Sequence record: MT135025.1
DNA length: 64,000 nt
Direction: 5' to 3' (one strand)
Positions within the stretch are counted from its first letter, which is position 1, and the number at the start of each line of letters is the position of its first letter. Shown in pieces: positions 1 to 9,518 of this stretch. The position numbers and the translations under genes are program-made. Below the pieces are notes generated by a model, which saw only the letters and a list, made by a program, of their open reading frames with translations, was not told where the DNA came from and did no database searches.

Positions 1-1
1 G

Positions 2-1141
2 AAACTTGTTTTCACGTTGAAAGACGGTGTTAACTTGAAAGAAGGTGATCCTTGTTACGGAATCAAGAAGCTTGCTCTTGAGTGTGCAAGTAAACGCATG
101 TACCCGGACATTTTGAACTATGAAAAGCTAGTTGAAACAACTGGCGGATTCAAGTCGCCTATGGGATGTCGTTCATTCTTGGGTGAATGGAAAAATGAAG
201 ATGGCGAAACTGTATTCGACGGTCGTAATAACTTAGGTGTTGTTTCTATAAACATCCCGCGTATTGCAATCGAAGCGTCGGGAGACACTGAACGTTTCTT
301 CGAGATCTTGCACGAACGTTGTACACTAGCTTACGAAGCGTTGATGTTGCGTATCAAGCGTTTTGACGATGTTACTGCATCAGTTGCACCGATTCTGTAC
401 TGTGAAGGCGCTATGGGCGTACGCTTGAAGCCAACTGATAAAGTCAGTGAAGTGTTCAAGAACGGTCGCGCAAGTATCTCACTCGGTTACATCGGTCTGC
501 ATGAGGCTGTAACGCTGCTTTCGCCTGACAAAGACATGCACACATTCGAGTCGCAGCACAAGCAATTCCTTGCTGAAAAGATTGTTGAGACGCTTAGAGC
601 GTACACAGACGCATGGAAAGAACTGACTGGCTACGGATTCAGTCTATACAGCACGCCAAGCGAATCGCTATGTGATCGTTTCTGTCGTCTCGATCAAGAG
701 AAATACGGTATCATTACGGGTATCAACGACAAAGACTATTACACGAACTCGTTTCACTTAGATGTGTTCAAGAAAGTGAATCCGTTCGAGAAGATTGATT
801 TCGAAGCAGCATACCCAATTCATGCGAATGGTGGTTTCATCTGCTATGCTGAATTCCCGAACATGCGAGACAACATCAAAGGTCTAGAGCGCGTATGGGA
901 TTACGCATATAAGAAAGTTGCGTACTTCGGCACAAACACGCCGATTGACCAGTGTACTTGTGGTTGGTCTGGTGAAGCACATACAGACTCTGAGGGTTAT
1001 TCATGTCCTGTATGTGGCGAACGCGACCCTGAAAAACTACACGTGACACGTCGTGTCTGTGGCTATCTCGGTAACCCAGGTGCTCGTGGATGGAATCACG
1101 GAAAGACGGTCGAAATGCAAAATCGAGTTAAACACTGTTAA
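2..1141 (+). CDS. nrdD: Anaerobic ribonucleoside-triphosphate reductase, C-terminal part (5' end outside window)
   Basis: Frame open from window start (KLVFTLKDG); MGCRSFL, GRNNLGVVSIN, YTNSFH; C-terminal RRVCGYLG glycyl-radical motif. Confidence 0.97.
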   Translation, partial: KLVFTLKDGVNLKEGDPCYGIKKLALECASKRMYPDILNYEKLVETTGGFKSPMGCRSFLGEWKNEDGETVFDGRNNLGVVSINIPRIAIEASGDTERFFEILHERCTLAYEALMLRIKRFDDVTASVAPILYCEGAMGVRLKPTDKVSEVFKNGRASISLGYIGLHEAVTLLSPDKDMHTFESQHKQFLAEKIVETLRAYTDAWKELTGYGFSLYSTPSESLCDRFCRLDQEKYGIITGINDKDYYTNSFHLDVFKKVNPFEKIDFEAAYPIHANGGFICYAEFPNMRDNIKGLERVWDYAYKKVAYFGTNTPIDQCTCGWSGEAHTDSEGYSCPVCGERDPEKLHVTRRVCGYLGNPGARGWNHGKTVEMQNRVKHC

Positions 1142-1142
1142 G

Positions 1143-1166
1143 AAAGCGCCTTCGGGCGCTTTTTTT
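1143..1166 (+). terminator. Intrinsic terminator with UUCG tetraloop
   Basis: aagcgcc-ttcg-ggcgctt followed by T tract. Confidence 0.9.
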
Positions 1167-1186
1167 GTTTTTGTCGGAGAAAAAGG

Positions 1187-1261
1187 TTGCAACGCGAATC
1201 AGAAGTGCGTAATATTAACTTCATCGAGACGACATCGACTAACAGAGAGAGAAACATTATG
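1187..1261 (+). promoter_or_regulatory. Class A early sigma70-like promoter and conserved leader
   Basis: TTGCAA-N17-TAATAT; leader tcatcgagacgacatcgactaacagagagagaaacattATG. Confidence 0.75.
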
Positions 1262-1678
1262 CTATACATCAACTTGACTACTTGCAGCGTAACATATGAA
1301 CATTCAGTAGCTGAACTGTGGCGTATTCGAGACGGTCACAATGTTGAATCTAGATGGGATTGGGGTTCACTAGAGCGAGTTACTGAAGTCTGCAATATGC
1401 TTGATCAAGATCTATACATGGTGACAGACGCAGGTTCGGGTTGTTCACCGCGCTTTGACATTATCAAAAAGCCACGTGTAGGTGATTCAGTTAGCTATTG
1501 TTTCAATGGTGACAGCCGTCCCGACGGTGAAATCACTAAGATTTCAAAAACAATGAAGATGATTACGACATCAACTGGCAGCAAATACTATCGCCGTAAG
1601 TTGACTGGTCGATGGGTTCGGGGCGGCTGTTGGACGTTAGTACACGGTCATGTGTCTAAAATGAATGAGGAATTTTAA
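1259..1678 (+). CDS. Hypothetical phage protein
   Basis: ORF; start moved to the ATG after the GAGAG leader. Confidence 0.8.
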   Translation: MLYINLTTCSVTYEHSVAELWRIRDGHNVESRWDWGSLERVTEVCNMLDQDLYMVTDAGSGCSPRFDIIKKPRVGDSVSYCFNGDSRPDGEITKISKTMKMITTSTGSKYYRRKLTGRWVRGGCWTLVHGHVSKMNEEF

Positions 1679-2247
1679 TGTATTTCCCACGAGAACGAAG
1701 AGTTCCTGTCATGCAGCCAACGCCTTTAGCTGTTGGCAGTATGGTTCGAGTATACGTTGATCAAAAACAATATCTCGGTGCTAAATTTGTGTATCAAGGC
1801 GAGTGTGAAGAGTACATTCTGTATGATTACATGAACACTGAGACTTTCATCATCGAGAATGGTCTAATACGCACAAACACAAGCGGATTATTGATCTCTC
1901 GCATCGAAGAGCAAGAAACGTGTCAAGAACTGTTTATGCACGACGGTGTCCTGTCATACAATACAGAAAAAATTGAAACGAAGATGGAACATGTTCGTAT
2001 CAAATCGGGCGACAAGATCAAAGTCTATATGAACTGTCAGTTCTCACCTAGACAAGAAGAAGCGACGGTTGTTTTCTGTAACGACGACTTTCTCACCGTT
2101 GTTTGCGACGGTGTACCGTTTACCTTTTCTCGCCGTGAAGTTATGTGCAAAAACATTGTTCATGTGTCTAACGACGGTATCAGAGAATCTTGCCGCATAA
2201 ACGAAGACGTTTTTGTAGGTAGACCTAGTGAAGTATCAAAAAATTAA
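1678..2247 (+). CDS. Hypothetical protein
   Basis: ORF coupled by TAATG overlap. Confidence 0.75.
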   Translation: MYFPRERRVPVMQPTPLAVGSMVRVYVDQKQYLGAKFVYQGECEEYILYDYMNTETFIIENGLIRTNTSGLLISRIEEQETCQELFMHDGVLSYNTEKIETKMEHVRIKSGDKIKVYMNCQFSPRQEEATVVFCNDDFLTVVCDGVPFTFSRREVMCKNIVHVSNDGIRESCRINEDVFVGRPSEVSKN

Positions 2248-2704
2248 CGAATTTGATTTTGCAAACGGCGAAGGTGTTCGATTGAGCATCTTCGTTTCCG
2301 GCTGTGAGCACCGCTGTGCGGGCTGCTACAACGAATCGACGTGGGACCCGAACGATGGTATTGATTTTACCGAAGAAACGCTTAGAGACGTTCTGACGAG
2401 CTTAGAACAGCACGATGGTTTGAGTCTTACAGGCGGCGATCCGTTATATCCGGGTAATCGCGAAGCGATTTTGCGAATTTGTAAAGCAGTGAAAGAACGT
2501 TATCCCGACAAAGACATTTGGATGTGGAGCGGGTACAAGTTATCCCGTGTTGAACATTTAGAGATAATGAATTATATTGATGTTTTCATTGATGGACGTT
2601 ACAAGAGACATCAACCAACGCAGAAAGCGTGGCGCGGTTCTGACAATCAAATATTGTACGTTCGGGTAAATGATGAATTAGTTATTGACGAAGAGAGAAA
2701 TTAA
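2228..2704 (+). CDS. nrdG: Anaerobic RNR activating enzyme (radical SAM)
   Basis: DFANGEGVRLSIFVSGCEHRCAGCYN (CxxxCxxC); LTGGDPL. Confidence 0.96.
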   Translation: MKYQKINEFDFANGEGVRLSIFVSGCEHRCAGCYNESTWDPNDGIDFTEETLRDVLTSLEQHDGLSLTGGDPLYPGNREAILRICKAVKERYPDKDIWMWSGYKLSRVEHLEIMNYIDVFIDGRYKRHQPTQKAWRGSDNQILYVRVNDELVIDEERN

Positions 2705-3228
2705 TGAGTTGTGTTTGGATTACAAGTGACTTGCATTTAGGTCACAAAAACATTGGTAAGTTTCGCGACGGGATTGAAGACACTCAAGCGAACACCGACT
2801 GGATTGTTGACTTCTGGCTGAAGAACGTTCGCAAGCGTGACACTGTGATCATGCTTGGCGATACTGCATTCACTGAAGAAGCTATTGGCATTTTAGCAGG
2901 TCTACCGGGTCGTAAAGTACAATATGGCGGGAATCACGACGATCTGCCTGTTTCAAGCTACATGCGTGCATTTGACGTAATTCGTGGTTGTGAGAAGTTC
3001 AAGAAGCTTGGGTGGTTGAGTCATTTCCCTCTACACCCTGCTGAATTACGTGGTCATTTCAGCATTCATGGTCACGTGCATTACGAAACAATTGACGACT
3101 ATCGTTATGTTAACGTTTGCTGTGACAATTTGCAACGTCACATTGGTCAACCGATGATTCGTCTTACCGATTTGCGGCAACTTCTTGACAAACGACGCGA
3201 GTCTAAAGAGGTCAGTTACGACTTCTAG
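2704..3228 (+). CDS. Calcineurin-like metallophosphoesterase
   Basis: SDLHLGH, LGD, GNHD, SHFP, HGHVH. Confidence 0.9.
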   Translation: MSCVWITSDLHLGHKNIGKFRDGIEDTQANTDWIVDFWLKNVRKRDTVIMLGDTAFTEEAIGILAGLPGRKVQYGGNHDDLPVSSYMRAFDVIRGCEKFKKLGWLSHFPLHPAELRGHFSIHGHVHYETIDDYRYVNVCCDNLQRHIGQPMIRLTDLRQLLDKRRESKEVSYDF

Positions 3229-3251
3229 AACGTAGTCTATCTGCATGAACA

Positions 3252-3259
3252 TCTAAATA
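3252..3259 (+). promoter_or_regulatory. Putative late promoter variant TCTAAATA
   Basis: One mismatch to T4 late TATAAATA; intergenic; same variant at 50551. Confidence 0.5.
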
Positions 3260-3292
3260 CTGGTATGGTATTAAAGATGGTGTTCATGCACT

Positions 3293-4138
3293 ATGATAGA
3301 TGTTTTGTTAAGATATGACGCAAGGATCATCAATAGCAGAAAGATAGTCATCTATACAGATGAAAATCGTCTCAGTCTTATTGTGAAACTCGCGAAAGAG
3401 CTTAACGGGACGTACAAGAAGTGCGATCCCGGTAGTTCAATTGGTTGTATACAGATGGAAAAATGCAGAGTATACGTCAAACCAACATCTAATCCTGGCA
3501 TCGAGAATGAACGCAATTTCTATACTATTGTAAAGCAACACATTGATTCTGGCTGTACGCGGATTAAAATTGGTGGGCGTCTTATAAAAGGTGTTCAGTC
3601 AATCGAAATGACTGGTCACGACACGAAAAACAATAAGAAAGCCGATATGGTCTTGAAAACAGACAAAGGCGACTTTCCGATTTCAATCAAAAAATCAAAT
3701 GCAGAACGTTGGGCGAGTACTGACGTTATTCACGGCACAGAAGCATGTAAGCTGTTAAATCGCATGGTAGACAAGAAAATCGTCACACTAACCGATTTCT
3801 CAGATGACGGGAAAGTAAAACGACTGAGCCAGCCCATTGCTAGACGACTTAGAGACGATGAGATCAATCACGTTGTATTCGGGTCTGATATTCTCGGGAG
3901 GGGTCTTGTTGTCGTCAATAGCTTTACTCTAGATGATTTTGTATTCAAGCGCGGTACTTTACATATTAGCGGTGAAGTGCTTTTAGATTCGAGTGATGTA
4001 AAAGACACAATTTACCACCCATATATGATGATTAGAAATGATGCATGTCGCCGCTCGAAGGCATTGCCTTATGGTGTACGTGTTGAAGTTGTATTCGAGT
4101 CAAGAATTACTAAAAATACGATTGTTTACGAGGAGTAG
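3293..4138 (+). CDS. Hypothetical protein with PD-(D/E)xK nuclease-like motif
   Basis: KKADMVL..FPISIKK pattern. Confidence 0.5.
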   Translation: MIDVLLRYDARIINSRKIVIYTDENRLSLIVKLAKELNGTYKKCDPGSSIGCIQMEKCRVYVKPTSNPGIENERNFYTIVKQHIDSGCTRIKIGGRLIKGVQSIEMTGHDTKNNKKADMVLKTDKGDFPISIKKSNAERWASTDVIHGTEACKLLNRMVDKKIVTLTDFSDDGKVKRLSQPIARRLRDDEINHVVFGSDILGRGLVVVNSFTLDDFVFKRGTLHISGEVLLDSSDVKDTIYHPYMMIRNDACRRSKALPYGVRVEVVFESRITKNTIVYEE

Positions 4139-4141
4139 CTA

Positions 4142-4966
4142 ATGGCTATCAAAGATAAATTGGAAGAACTTATTGCGTCGGTTCACCAATGTACTACAAA
4201 AGACGGCGTAGTTGAAATTGAAAAACTATATACGCAAAAGAAAAAAGAACTCGGTGCCAACATCACCCCGATGATGGATATTCGCGTTCGTGACGCAATT
4301 CGTGGTAAAATCACGATGTTCGATAAAGAAAATGCTGCTGCTAAAGAAGAAGCTAAACGGAAAAAACAACAAGAAGAAGCTGAAGCAATTGCGGCTAAAC
4401 TCGATGAGGGTCTTTTTGTTGTTTCTGAGAAAGAGTTCTTTGAACACGAAACCGTTGTGAATGAGTGTGCGATTGATGCTGCGTGTATTATGGACGTAGA
4501 CTCAAGCATCCCTTCTGTTGGTCATAAAGAACTGACTAAAACGCTTTCTGAGGCATGTGAGCATGTTGGTGCAGTAGGTAAAATATTTGTACCTGAGTCA
4601 CAGAACAAAGTATTGTCGCTGCAAGAGCGCGTTGAACTATTTGAATCATTCTCAGACGTTGATGTTGCACCCAAAGGTGTGATGTTTGCTGAGGTTGAGA
4701 ACATGAATCAGAAAGGCATTACTCGGGTGTTTGCATTCGTAGAAGCGAATAAAGTAGCGGAGTACCGTCGTCTCGGTCGCCATTTCTTGCGTGTTGGTGG
4801 CACTCGCTTTGAGATTGTTGAAGTCAAGAACAAAGTACCATCTAGTACGATTGAAAATCTGATTCGTGAGGATAATCTCATTGAGTTTATGCGTAGTGTA
4901 CCTATGCCATTAAACGAAGCCGAGAAGATCTTTGATCGTCAGCTTGAACAACTACTGGGGGCGTAA
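4142..4966 (+). CDS. Degenerate cytidylyltransferase (HIGH-family)-like protein
   Basis: IPSVGHKEL, SQNKVLSLQER, SSTIENLIREDN resemble the PTxGH / SQ..NPL / SAS.MR pattern of T4-like phage CTases. Confidence 0.45.
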   Translation: MAIKDKLEELIASVHQCTTKDGVVEIEKLYTQKKKELGANITPMMDIRVRDAIRGKITMFDKENAAAKEEAKRKKQQEEAEAIAAKLDEGLFVVSEKEFFEHETVVNECAIDAACIMDVDSSIPSVGHKELTKTLSEACEHVGAVGKIFVPESQNKVLSLQERVELFESFSDVDVAPKGVMFAEVENMNQKGITRVFAFVEANKVAEYRRLGRHFLRVGGTRFEIVEVKNKVPSSTIENLIREDNLIEFMRSVPMPLNEAEKIFDRQLEQLLGA

Positions 4967-5442
4967 TGAGTGTAGCTAAACGTGGCGCAGATGGGTTTTA
5001 TGCTCTTCGCTTATCTCGTTTGCTTCATCTTCGGTTTGATCGTTGGGAAGCATATCGAATGGGGATCATCGACGCAGATGGTAAAAAACTGCGTGACCCT
5101 GTAACTGCTCAAGAAAAGAGTAACTGGACGTTGTTCCACGTAACTGTGCGCAACATCAAGCGAATGGTTGGCGCATTGCCGGGTGGTAAGACAGCACTTG
5201 ATTACGGCGCGTCATATCTGTTGCTAATGGAACTTGCAAAAGAGTACGGTTTATCTGACCAATTTGCAGATGAGTGTATTCGAGTAGAAGAATCCGTTGT
5301 TGCGGGTGATTCGGGTGGTGATGTAGGCGCTATTGCTTCTGGTGAAACTACGGGTGCAGTTACAAGCGCAGGGCCCGAGACTCTTGGTGACAAGAAGAAA
5401 AAGAAAAAGAAGAAGCTGAAAAAGTTCAGACACTTCGACTAA
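4966..5442 (+). CDS. 61.1: gp61.1-like conserved protein
   Basis: GIIDADGK..P.T.QEK..WT.FH and VAGDSGG..GETTGAVT..GPE; directly upstream of primase. Confidence 0.8.
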   Translation: MSVAKRGADGFYALRLSRLLHLRFDRWEAYRMGIIDADGKKLRDPVTAQEKSNWTLFHVTVRNIKRMVGALPGGKTALDYGASYLLLMELAKEYGLSDQFADECIRVEESVVAGDSGGDVGAIASGETTGAVTSAGPETLGDKKKKKKKKLKKFRHFD

Positions 5443-5449
5443 TTAAAAT

Positions 5450-5471
5450 GCCTCGTTTTCGGGGCTTTTTT
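5450..5471 (+). terminator. Intrinsic terminator
   Basis: gcctcg-tttt-cggggc plus T tract. Confidence 0.75.
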
Positions 5472-5473
5472 AT

Positions 5474-5503
5474 GTTTATCGTATCGTGATGCCGTGTAAT
5501 AAT
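5474..5503 (+). promoter_or_regulatory. Class B promoter (primase)
   Basis: GTTTAT-N18-AATAAT. Confidence 0.5.
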
Positions 5504-5522
5504 AAGACACGGAGGTTATATT

Positions 5523-6581
5523 ATGCAGATTTTGATTGATATACAATATGCCAAAATGCTTCAGCATCGTTTGTTATTGCCAAAAGTGCATAGCAATCGA
5601 CCATTCAAAATAAATGCTCGTTGTCCGATCTGCGGCGACTCAAAAAAGAACAAGTACAAAACTCGTTTCTGGATTAATGAAGTCAAGACGAAAAGCGGTG
5701 AACTTCACTTGCGCTGCTCTTGTTGGAACTGTGACTACAACGAATCGCTGTACACTTTTTTGAAAGATCACGAGCCCGCTCTATTTTCTCAATATCGAGT
5801 TGATCTTTTCAAAGAACGCAACTCACGCGAACGCAAAGAACGCGAGCCTGAACCAGTCGTTGAAAAGAAAGAAGCGACGGTTATCGAGAAAGAACAAGAA
5901 GAACAGCTTTTTTACAACATCACTGCACTGAAAGAAGGTCATGTGATGCACAAGTATCTTGAATCTCGTAAAATACCGAAAGACAAGTGGCATTTGCTTG
6001 GGTTTACTCGCGGTTGGACTACAATGGCGAAGACATTACGCCCCGACTTGTACGAGGGTGAAATCAAGAATGACCACCCGCGTCTTGTAATTCCGATTTA
6101 CAACAAAGACGGTCTGGTGGCAGTTCAAGGTCGTGCGCTGACGAACAAACACGCTCAACGTTATATGACCATCAAAATCGACGATGATTTTGACAAAATC
6201 TATGGTACTGAGCGCATCAACGAAGAAGATCCTGTAATTTTCGTTGAGGGCCCGATTGATAGTTTATTCCTATACAATTGCTGTGCTATAGTAGGTGGAC
6301 AAGTCAGCCCAAACAACGCACCGTATGCTGGTAATCGTATATGGGCGCTTGATAATGAGCCACGACATCCCGACGTTATCAAACGTCTTCAAGTTCTAAT
6401 CAGAGCGGGTGAACGTGTTGTTATTTGGGATAAGCTCCCACCGCAAATCATTGGTAAGAAAGACATCAATGATTTCATCAAAGCTGGCGTATCTGCTGAG
6501 TTCATTCAGCAATACATTTATGAAAATGCCGTTAGTGGTCTAATGGCTACAAATCGACTTAACAGATGGAAGAAAATTTAA
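5523..6581 (+). CDS. 61: DNA primase
   Basis: RCPICGDS..CWNC zinc finger; VEGPIDSLF TOPRIM; DNEPR; KDIND. Confidence 0.97.
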   Translation: MQILIDIQYAKMLQHRLLLPKVHSNRPFKINARCPICGDSKKNKYKTRFWINEVKTKSGELHLRCSCWNCDYNESLYTFLKDHEPALFSQYRVDLFKERNSRERKEREPEPVVEKKEATVIEKEQEEQLFYNITALKEGHVMHKYLESRKIPKDKWHLLGFTRGWTTMAKTLRPDLYEGEIKNDHPRLVIPIYNKDGLVAVQGRALTNKHAQRYMTIKIDDDFDKIYGTERINEEDPVIFVEGPIDSLFLYNCCAIVGGQVSPNNAPYAGNRIWALDNEPRHPDVIKRLQVLIRAGERVVIWDKLPPQIIGKKDINDFIKAGVSAEFIQQYIYENAVSGLMATNRLNRWKKI

Positions 6582-7159
6582 TGAAGATTATTTACCTGCC
6601 GCACTACAAAGAAAACAAGGAACTTGGTCTAAAAGCAATTGAGCCAATCGGTGTTAAAGACCCAGATGACGCGGGTATTGATCTGCGTGCTGCAATTGAA
6701 GAATCAATCGAGTTACAACCGGGTGATTCAGTCGTTATCCCGTCTGGTGTCAAGATTCATATTGGTTCTCACCCGATTCATACAAATCATGTAGAACTTA
6801 GCATGTTTAAGCGTATATTACGCACACTTTGGAATCGAAATGTTGAAGAGTTTCCTGAGCGACAAATGATTGATGAGATAGGCGTATACGGTGCAATTGC
6901 ACCGCGCAGTGGTCTTGGGTTCAAGCACTTCTTGCGTCTAGCAAACACAATCGGGATTATCGACGCGAACTATCAAGGCGAAATCATGATCAAGATTCGC
7001 AACGAAGGCGACGACGTGTTGCACATTGAGCGCGGCGACCGTATCTGTCAATTGATTTTCCATACTTACGTGAAGAACGTGCAGTTTGAAGAAGTTGATG
7101 ATTTCGATGAAGAAACTGACCGCGGTGCTCGTGGGTTTGGTGGTAGCGGGGTGAAATAA
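6581..7159 (+). CDS. dut: Trimeric dUTPase with internal insertion
   Basis: AGIDL, PRSGL, GIIDANYQGEI, GDRICQL, RGARGFGGSG. Confidence 0.95.
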   Translation: MKIIYLPHYKENKELGLKAIEPIGVKDPDDAGIDLRAAIEESIELQPGDSVVIPSGVKIHIGSHPIHTNHVELSMFKRILRTLWNRNVEEFPERQMIDEIGVYGAIAPRSGLGFKHFLRLANTIGIIDANYQGEIMIKIRNEGDDVLHIERGDRICQLIFHTYVKNVQFEEVDDFDEETDRGARGFGGSGVK

Positions 7160-7395
7160 TGCATACACCTATTTCTAGGACTGGTGAAATTCTAGGGTCA
7201 ATGCGTTCTGTGCTCATGGATGAGCGCATTGAAGCTGCTCTTCGCATGGATATTGCACGCGATCAAGAGCAAAAGGAAAAGATGTTGAATTCGAATCGAA
7301 CGATGATTTCGGATATTGACAAGCAACAACGCAGAATCGAATCTAAGCTCGATTTACTACATACATTACTTGACGTGAAGAAGGAAATATCATGA
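7159..7395 (+). CDS. Hypothetical protein
   Basis: Coupled ORF, coiled-coil-like. Confidence 0.7.
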   Translation: MHTPISRTGEILGSMRSVLMDERIEAALRMDIARDQEQKEKMLNSNRTMISDIDKQQRRIESKLDLLHTLLDVKKEIS

Positions 7396-8084
7396 GTGAT
7401 AAACCCGTCTATGACATTCTAATCGACTATGAGGGATTCGACGTGACTCCCGACGCAGCGGTTATCGAACTAGGTGCAGTTGAATTCGAGCACGATTTTA
7501 CTAAAGTTCCCGATTACCAAGAGCTTGTGAAGAACTCGTTTCGCTGTAAGTTTGAGATCAAATCTCAAAAAGGCAAACGCAGCATCAATAAAGCGACTGT
7601 GCAATGGTGGTCTGAGCAGTCTCAAGAAGCTAAAGAAATTCTAATCCCTAGCGCAGAAGACGTGACGGTTGAAGAAGGTCATAAGCTTTTTATCGAGTGG
7701 ATTGAACAAAACACTCGTTACGACGGTCGTTCTCATTTCTACTGCCGTGGCAACAACTACGATATTCCGCTCATGGCTGATTGTTTCCGTTACAGCGGTT
7801 TGCGTCATGCGATCATCGAGCGATTCTGGAAATTCCGTGACGTTCGTACTCGTATTGAAGCATTGATGCTTCAACGCGACATGTGTAAAGTGCCGATTCG
7901 ACGTGATGCAATGCCAGGGTTTATTCACCACAACGGCGTTCACGACTGTGCTAAAGATGCAATGATGCTTATCATGGCAGCGCGTTACGCACTTGACTTA
8001 GAAGATCTGCCCGAGAAAATGGAATGCCATGAAGTATCGGTTGACTTCACTGACGAAGAGAAAGAGGAACTTGGGCTACTATGA
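7392..8084 (+). CDS. dexA: DexA-like 3'-5' exonuclease (DEDDh)
   Basis: IDYE, RGNNYDIP, RDVRT, HNGVHDCAKD. Confidence 0.88.
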   Translation: MSDKPVYDILIDYEGFDVTPDAAVIELGAVEFEHDFTKVPDYQELVKNSFRCKFEIKSQKGKRSINKATVQWWSEQSQEAKEILIPSAEDVTVEEGHKLFIEWIEQNTRYDGRSHFYCRGNNYDIPLMADCFRYSGLRHAIIERFWKFRDVRTRIEALMLQRDMCKVPIRRDAMPGFIHHNGVHDCAKDAMMLIMAARYALDLEDLPEKMECHEVSVDFTDEEKEELGLL

Positions 8085-8242
8085 TGATTGCTGTACATCT
8101 ACTGTCACAAGCCAAGCCAGTTGTTCATGAGCACGTAAAGAACGCTTACACCAAAGACGGTCTTTACTGCTTGATGATGAAAGACGGTATGGTTTACAAA
8201 TACCCACTGATCAATATTTTCCGAATTACAGAAAATATGTAA
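8081..8242 (+). CDS. Small hypothetical protein (53 aa, not in ORF track)
   Basis: ATGA overlap with dexA stop; MMIAVHLLSQAKPVV...RITENM. Confidence 0.6.
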   Translation: MMIAVHLLSQAKPVVHEHVKNAYTKDGLYCLMMKDGMVYKYPLINIFRITENM

Positions 8243-8249
8243 AAAGTGG

Positions 8250-8313
8250 TTGCGTTGTCGGTGTGACTTGTGTAATATACTCACATCGACAACGAAAAGA
8301 GAATATTATTATG
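8250..8313 (+). promoter_or_regulatory. Class A promoter and leader
   Basis: TTGCGT-N17-TAATAT; acatcgacaacgaaaagagaatattattATG. Confidence 0.7.
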
Positions 8314-8448
8314 ACAACGAATCGCCTAGATTGGACAATTGAAAAGAAAGCTCAGTTCATCGCGACATACAAAGACGGGACTGTTTTAGTTGCTCGTACT
8401 CGCGAAGAACTCAATTCGCAAATCAATGAATTTGAAAAGACGCTATGA
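8311..8448 (+). CDS. Small hypothetical protein
   Basis: ATG after leader. Confidence 0.65.
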   Translation: MTTNRLDWTIEKKAQFIATYKDGTVLVARTREELNSQINEFEKTL

Positions 8449-8843
8449 ACTTTCAATCGTTTATGTACAAATGGAAGAGATTTTCATTTGACTTTAATAA
8501 TTATGCGATTGAGAAGCAGCGTGGCTTAGTCGGGACTGTTGACTTTGTAATGAAGAAACACTTCACGCATCGAGTTTATGATAGATTCTGTGCTGCTGAA
8601 TTTTCAACTCTGCGTAGAATGTTGTATCACACTGTGAACAAACACTTAGGTGAAGTTCTGTTTTGGTACTACAGCACCGATAAGCGTGAGCTGGCTATCA
8701 AGCGTGATGATATTTTCATCATCATGCAACGTGGTATCACGGGTTGTATTTTGATCACTACTGTATATCGTAATGAACATAAGCAAAACTCTGATAAGTT
8801 CTTTTTGATTGACATAAGCAGAAAGCAAAATGAAGCAGATTAG
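8445..8843 (+). CDS. Hypothetical protein
   Basis: ORF with ATGA overlap. Confidence 0.75.
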   Translation: MNFQSFMYKWKRFSFDFNNYAIEKQRGLVGTVDFVMKKHFTHRVYDRFCAAEFSTLRRMLYHTVNKHLGEVLFWYYSTDKRELAIKRDDIFIIMQRGITGCILITTVYRNEHKQNSDKFFLIDISRKQNEAD

Positions 8844-9075
8844 ACTTGGTGACTTCATCGAGGTCACTGAAAGGCTTGACCAAGAGAGTTTTTTTGGTCA
8901 ATTAATTGATATTGCACCGTGTATATGGGCACGTGGTGATTTTCTACGACTTGTCGATGACGCAGGTAATGAAGTTCAAGTGAACACTGTGAACATTGAC
9001 ATGATTAATGGCACTGTTGTGGGCGAAATCATTCGCAACGCCCATGGCTTTATGTATTGTGAGGAAAAGATTTGA
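8830..9075 (+). CDS. Hypothetical protein
   Basis: ORF. Confidence 0.7.
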   Translation: MKQIRLGDFIEVTERLDQESFFGQLIDIAPCIWARGDFLRLVDDAGNEVQVNTVNIDMINGTVVGEIIRNAHGFMYCEEKI

Positions 9076-9518
9076 GCAAAGCATATATTTTTGTGAATCG
9101 CTACTGTAAAGGGATTCAAGCTGGGATTCAAGGCGCACATGCGCTGCTACGACTTGCGCGTAAAGCAGAAAAGCCTATCTTTGACAAGTGGTTAAACGAA
9201 GACGAAACAATTGTGATTCTGTCAGCGTCGGGTCACGATCATCTTGAAGAAATCGAAAAGACGATTCGTGAAATGAATGTTGTGGAAGACATCACGTTTT
9301 TTCAAGAAGAAGGTTTACATCACTCTCTAACGGGTGTAGCATTCATTGGTGACGACACGCTAATGAAAGTTCAAGCCGAAATGAAAGAATGGCGCGAACT
9401 TCGTAAAAATGGCGAAGGTCCGAAGCGTCGAGACTTCGACTCAGATATGTTCTACAAGTACGGTCGAACATATGAACTTGCAAAATACTTAGAGGGGTTT
9501 CATTCTCATCATGGATAA
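9072..9518 (+). CDS. Peptidyl-tRNA hydrolase type 2 (Pth2)-like protein
   Basis: YIFVN..GIQAGIQGAHA..W...TIVILSA..FQE..LTGVAF follows the Pth2 pattern. Confidence 0.5.
   Translation: MSKAYIFVNRYCKGIQAGIQGAHALLRLARKAEKPIFDKWLNEDETIVILSASGHDHLEEIEKTIREMNVVEDITFFQEEGLHHSLTGVAFIGDDTLMKVQAEMKEWRELRKNGEGPKRRDFDSDMFYKYGRTYELAKYLEGFHSHHG

Noticed and set aside
5392-5425. A-rich run as a slippery site or repeat
   Set aside because: Encodes the basic poly-Lys tail typical of gp61.1-like proteins
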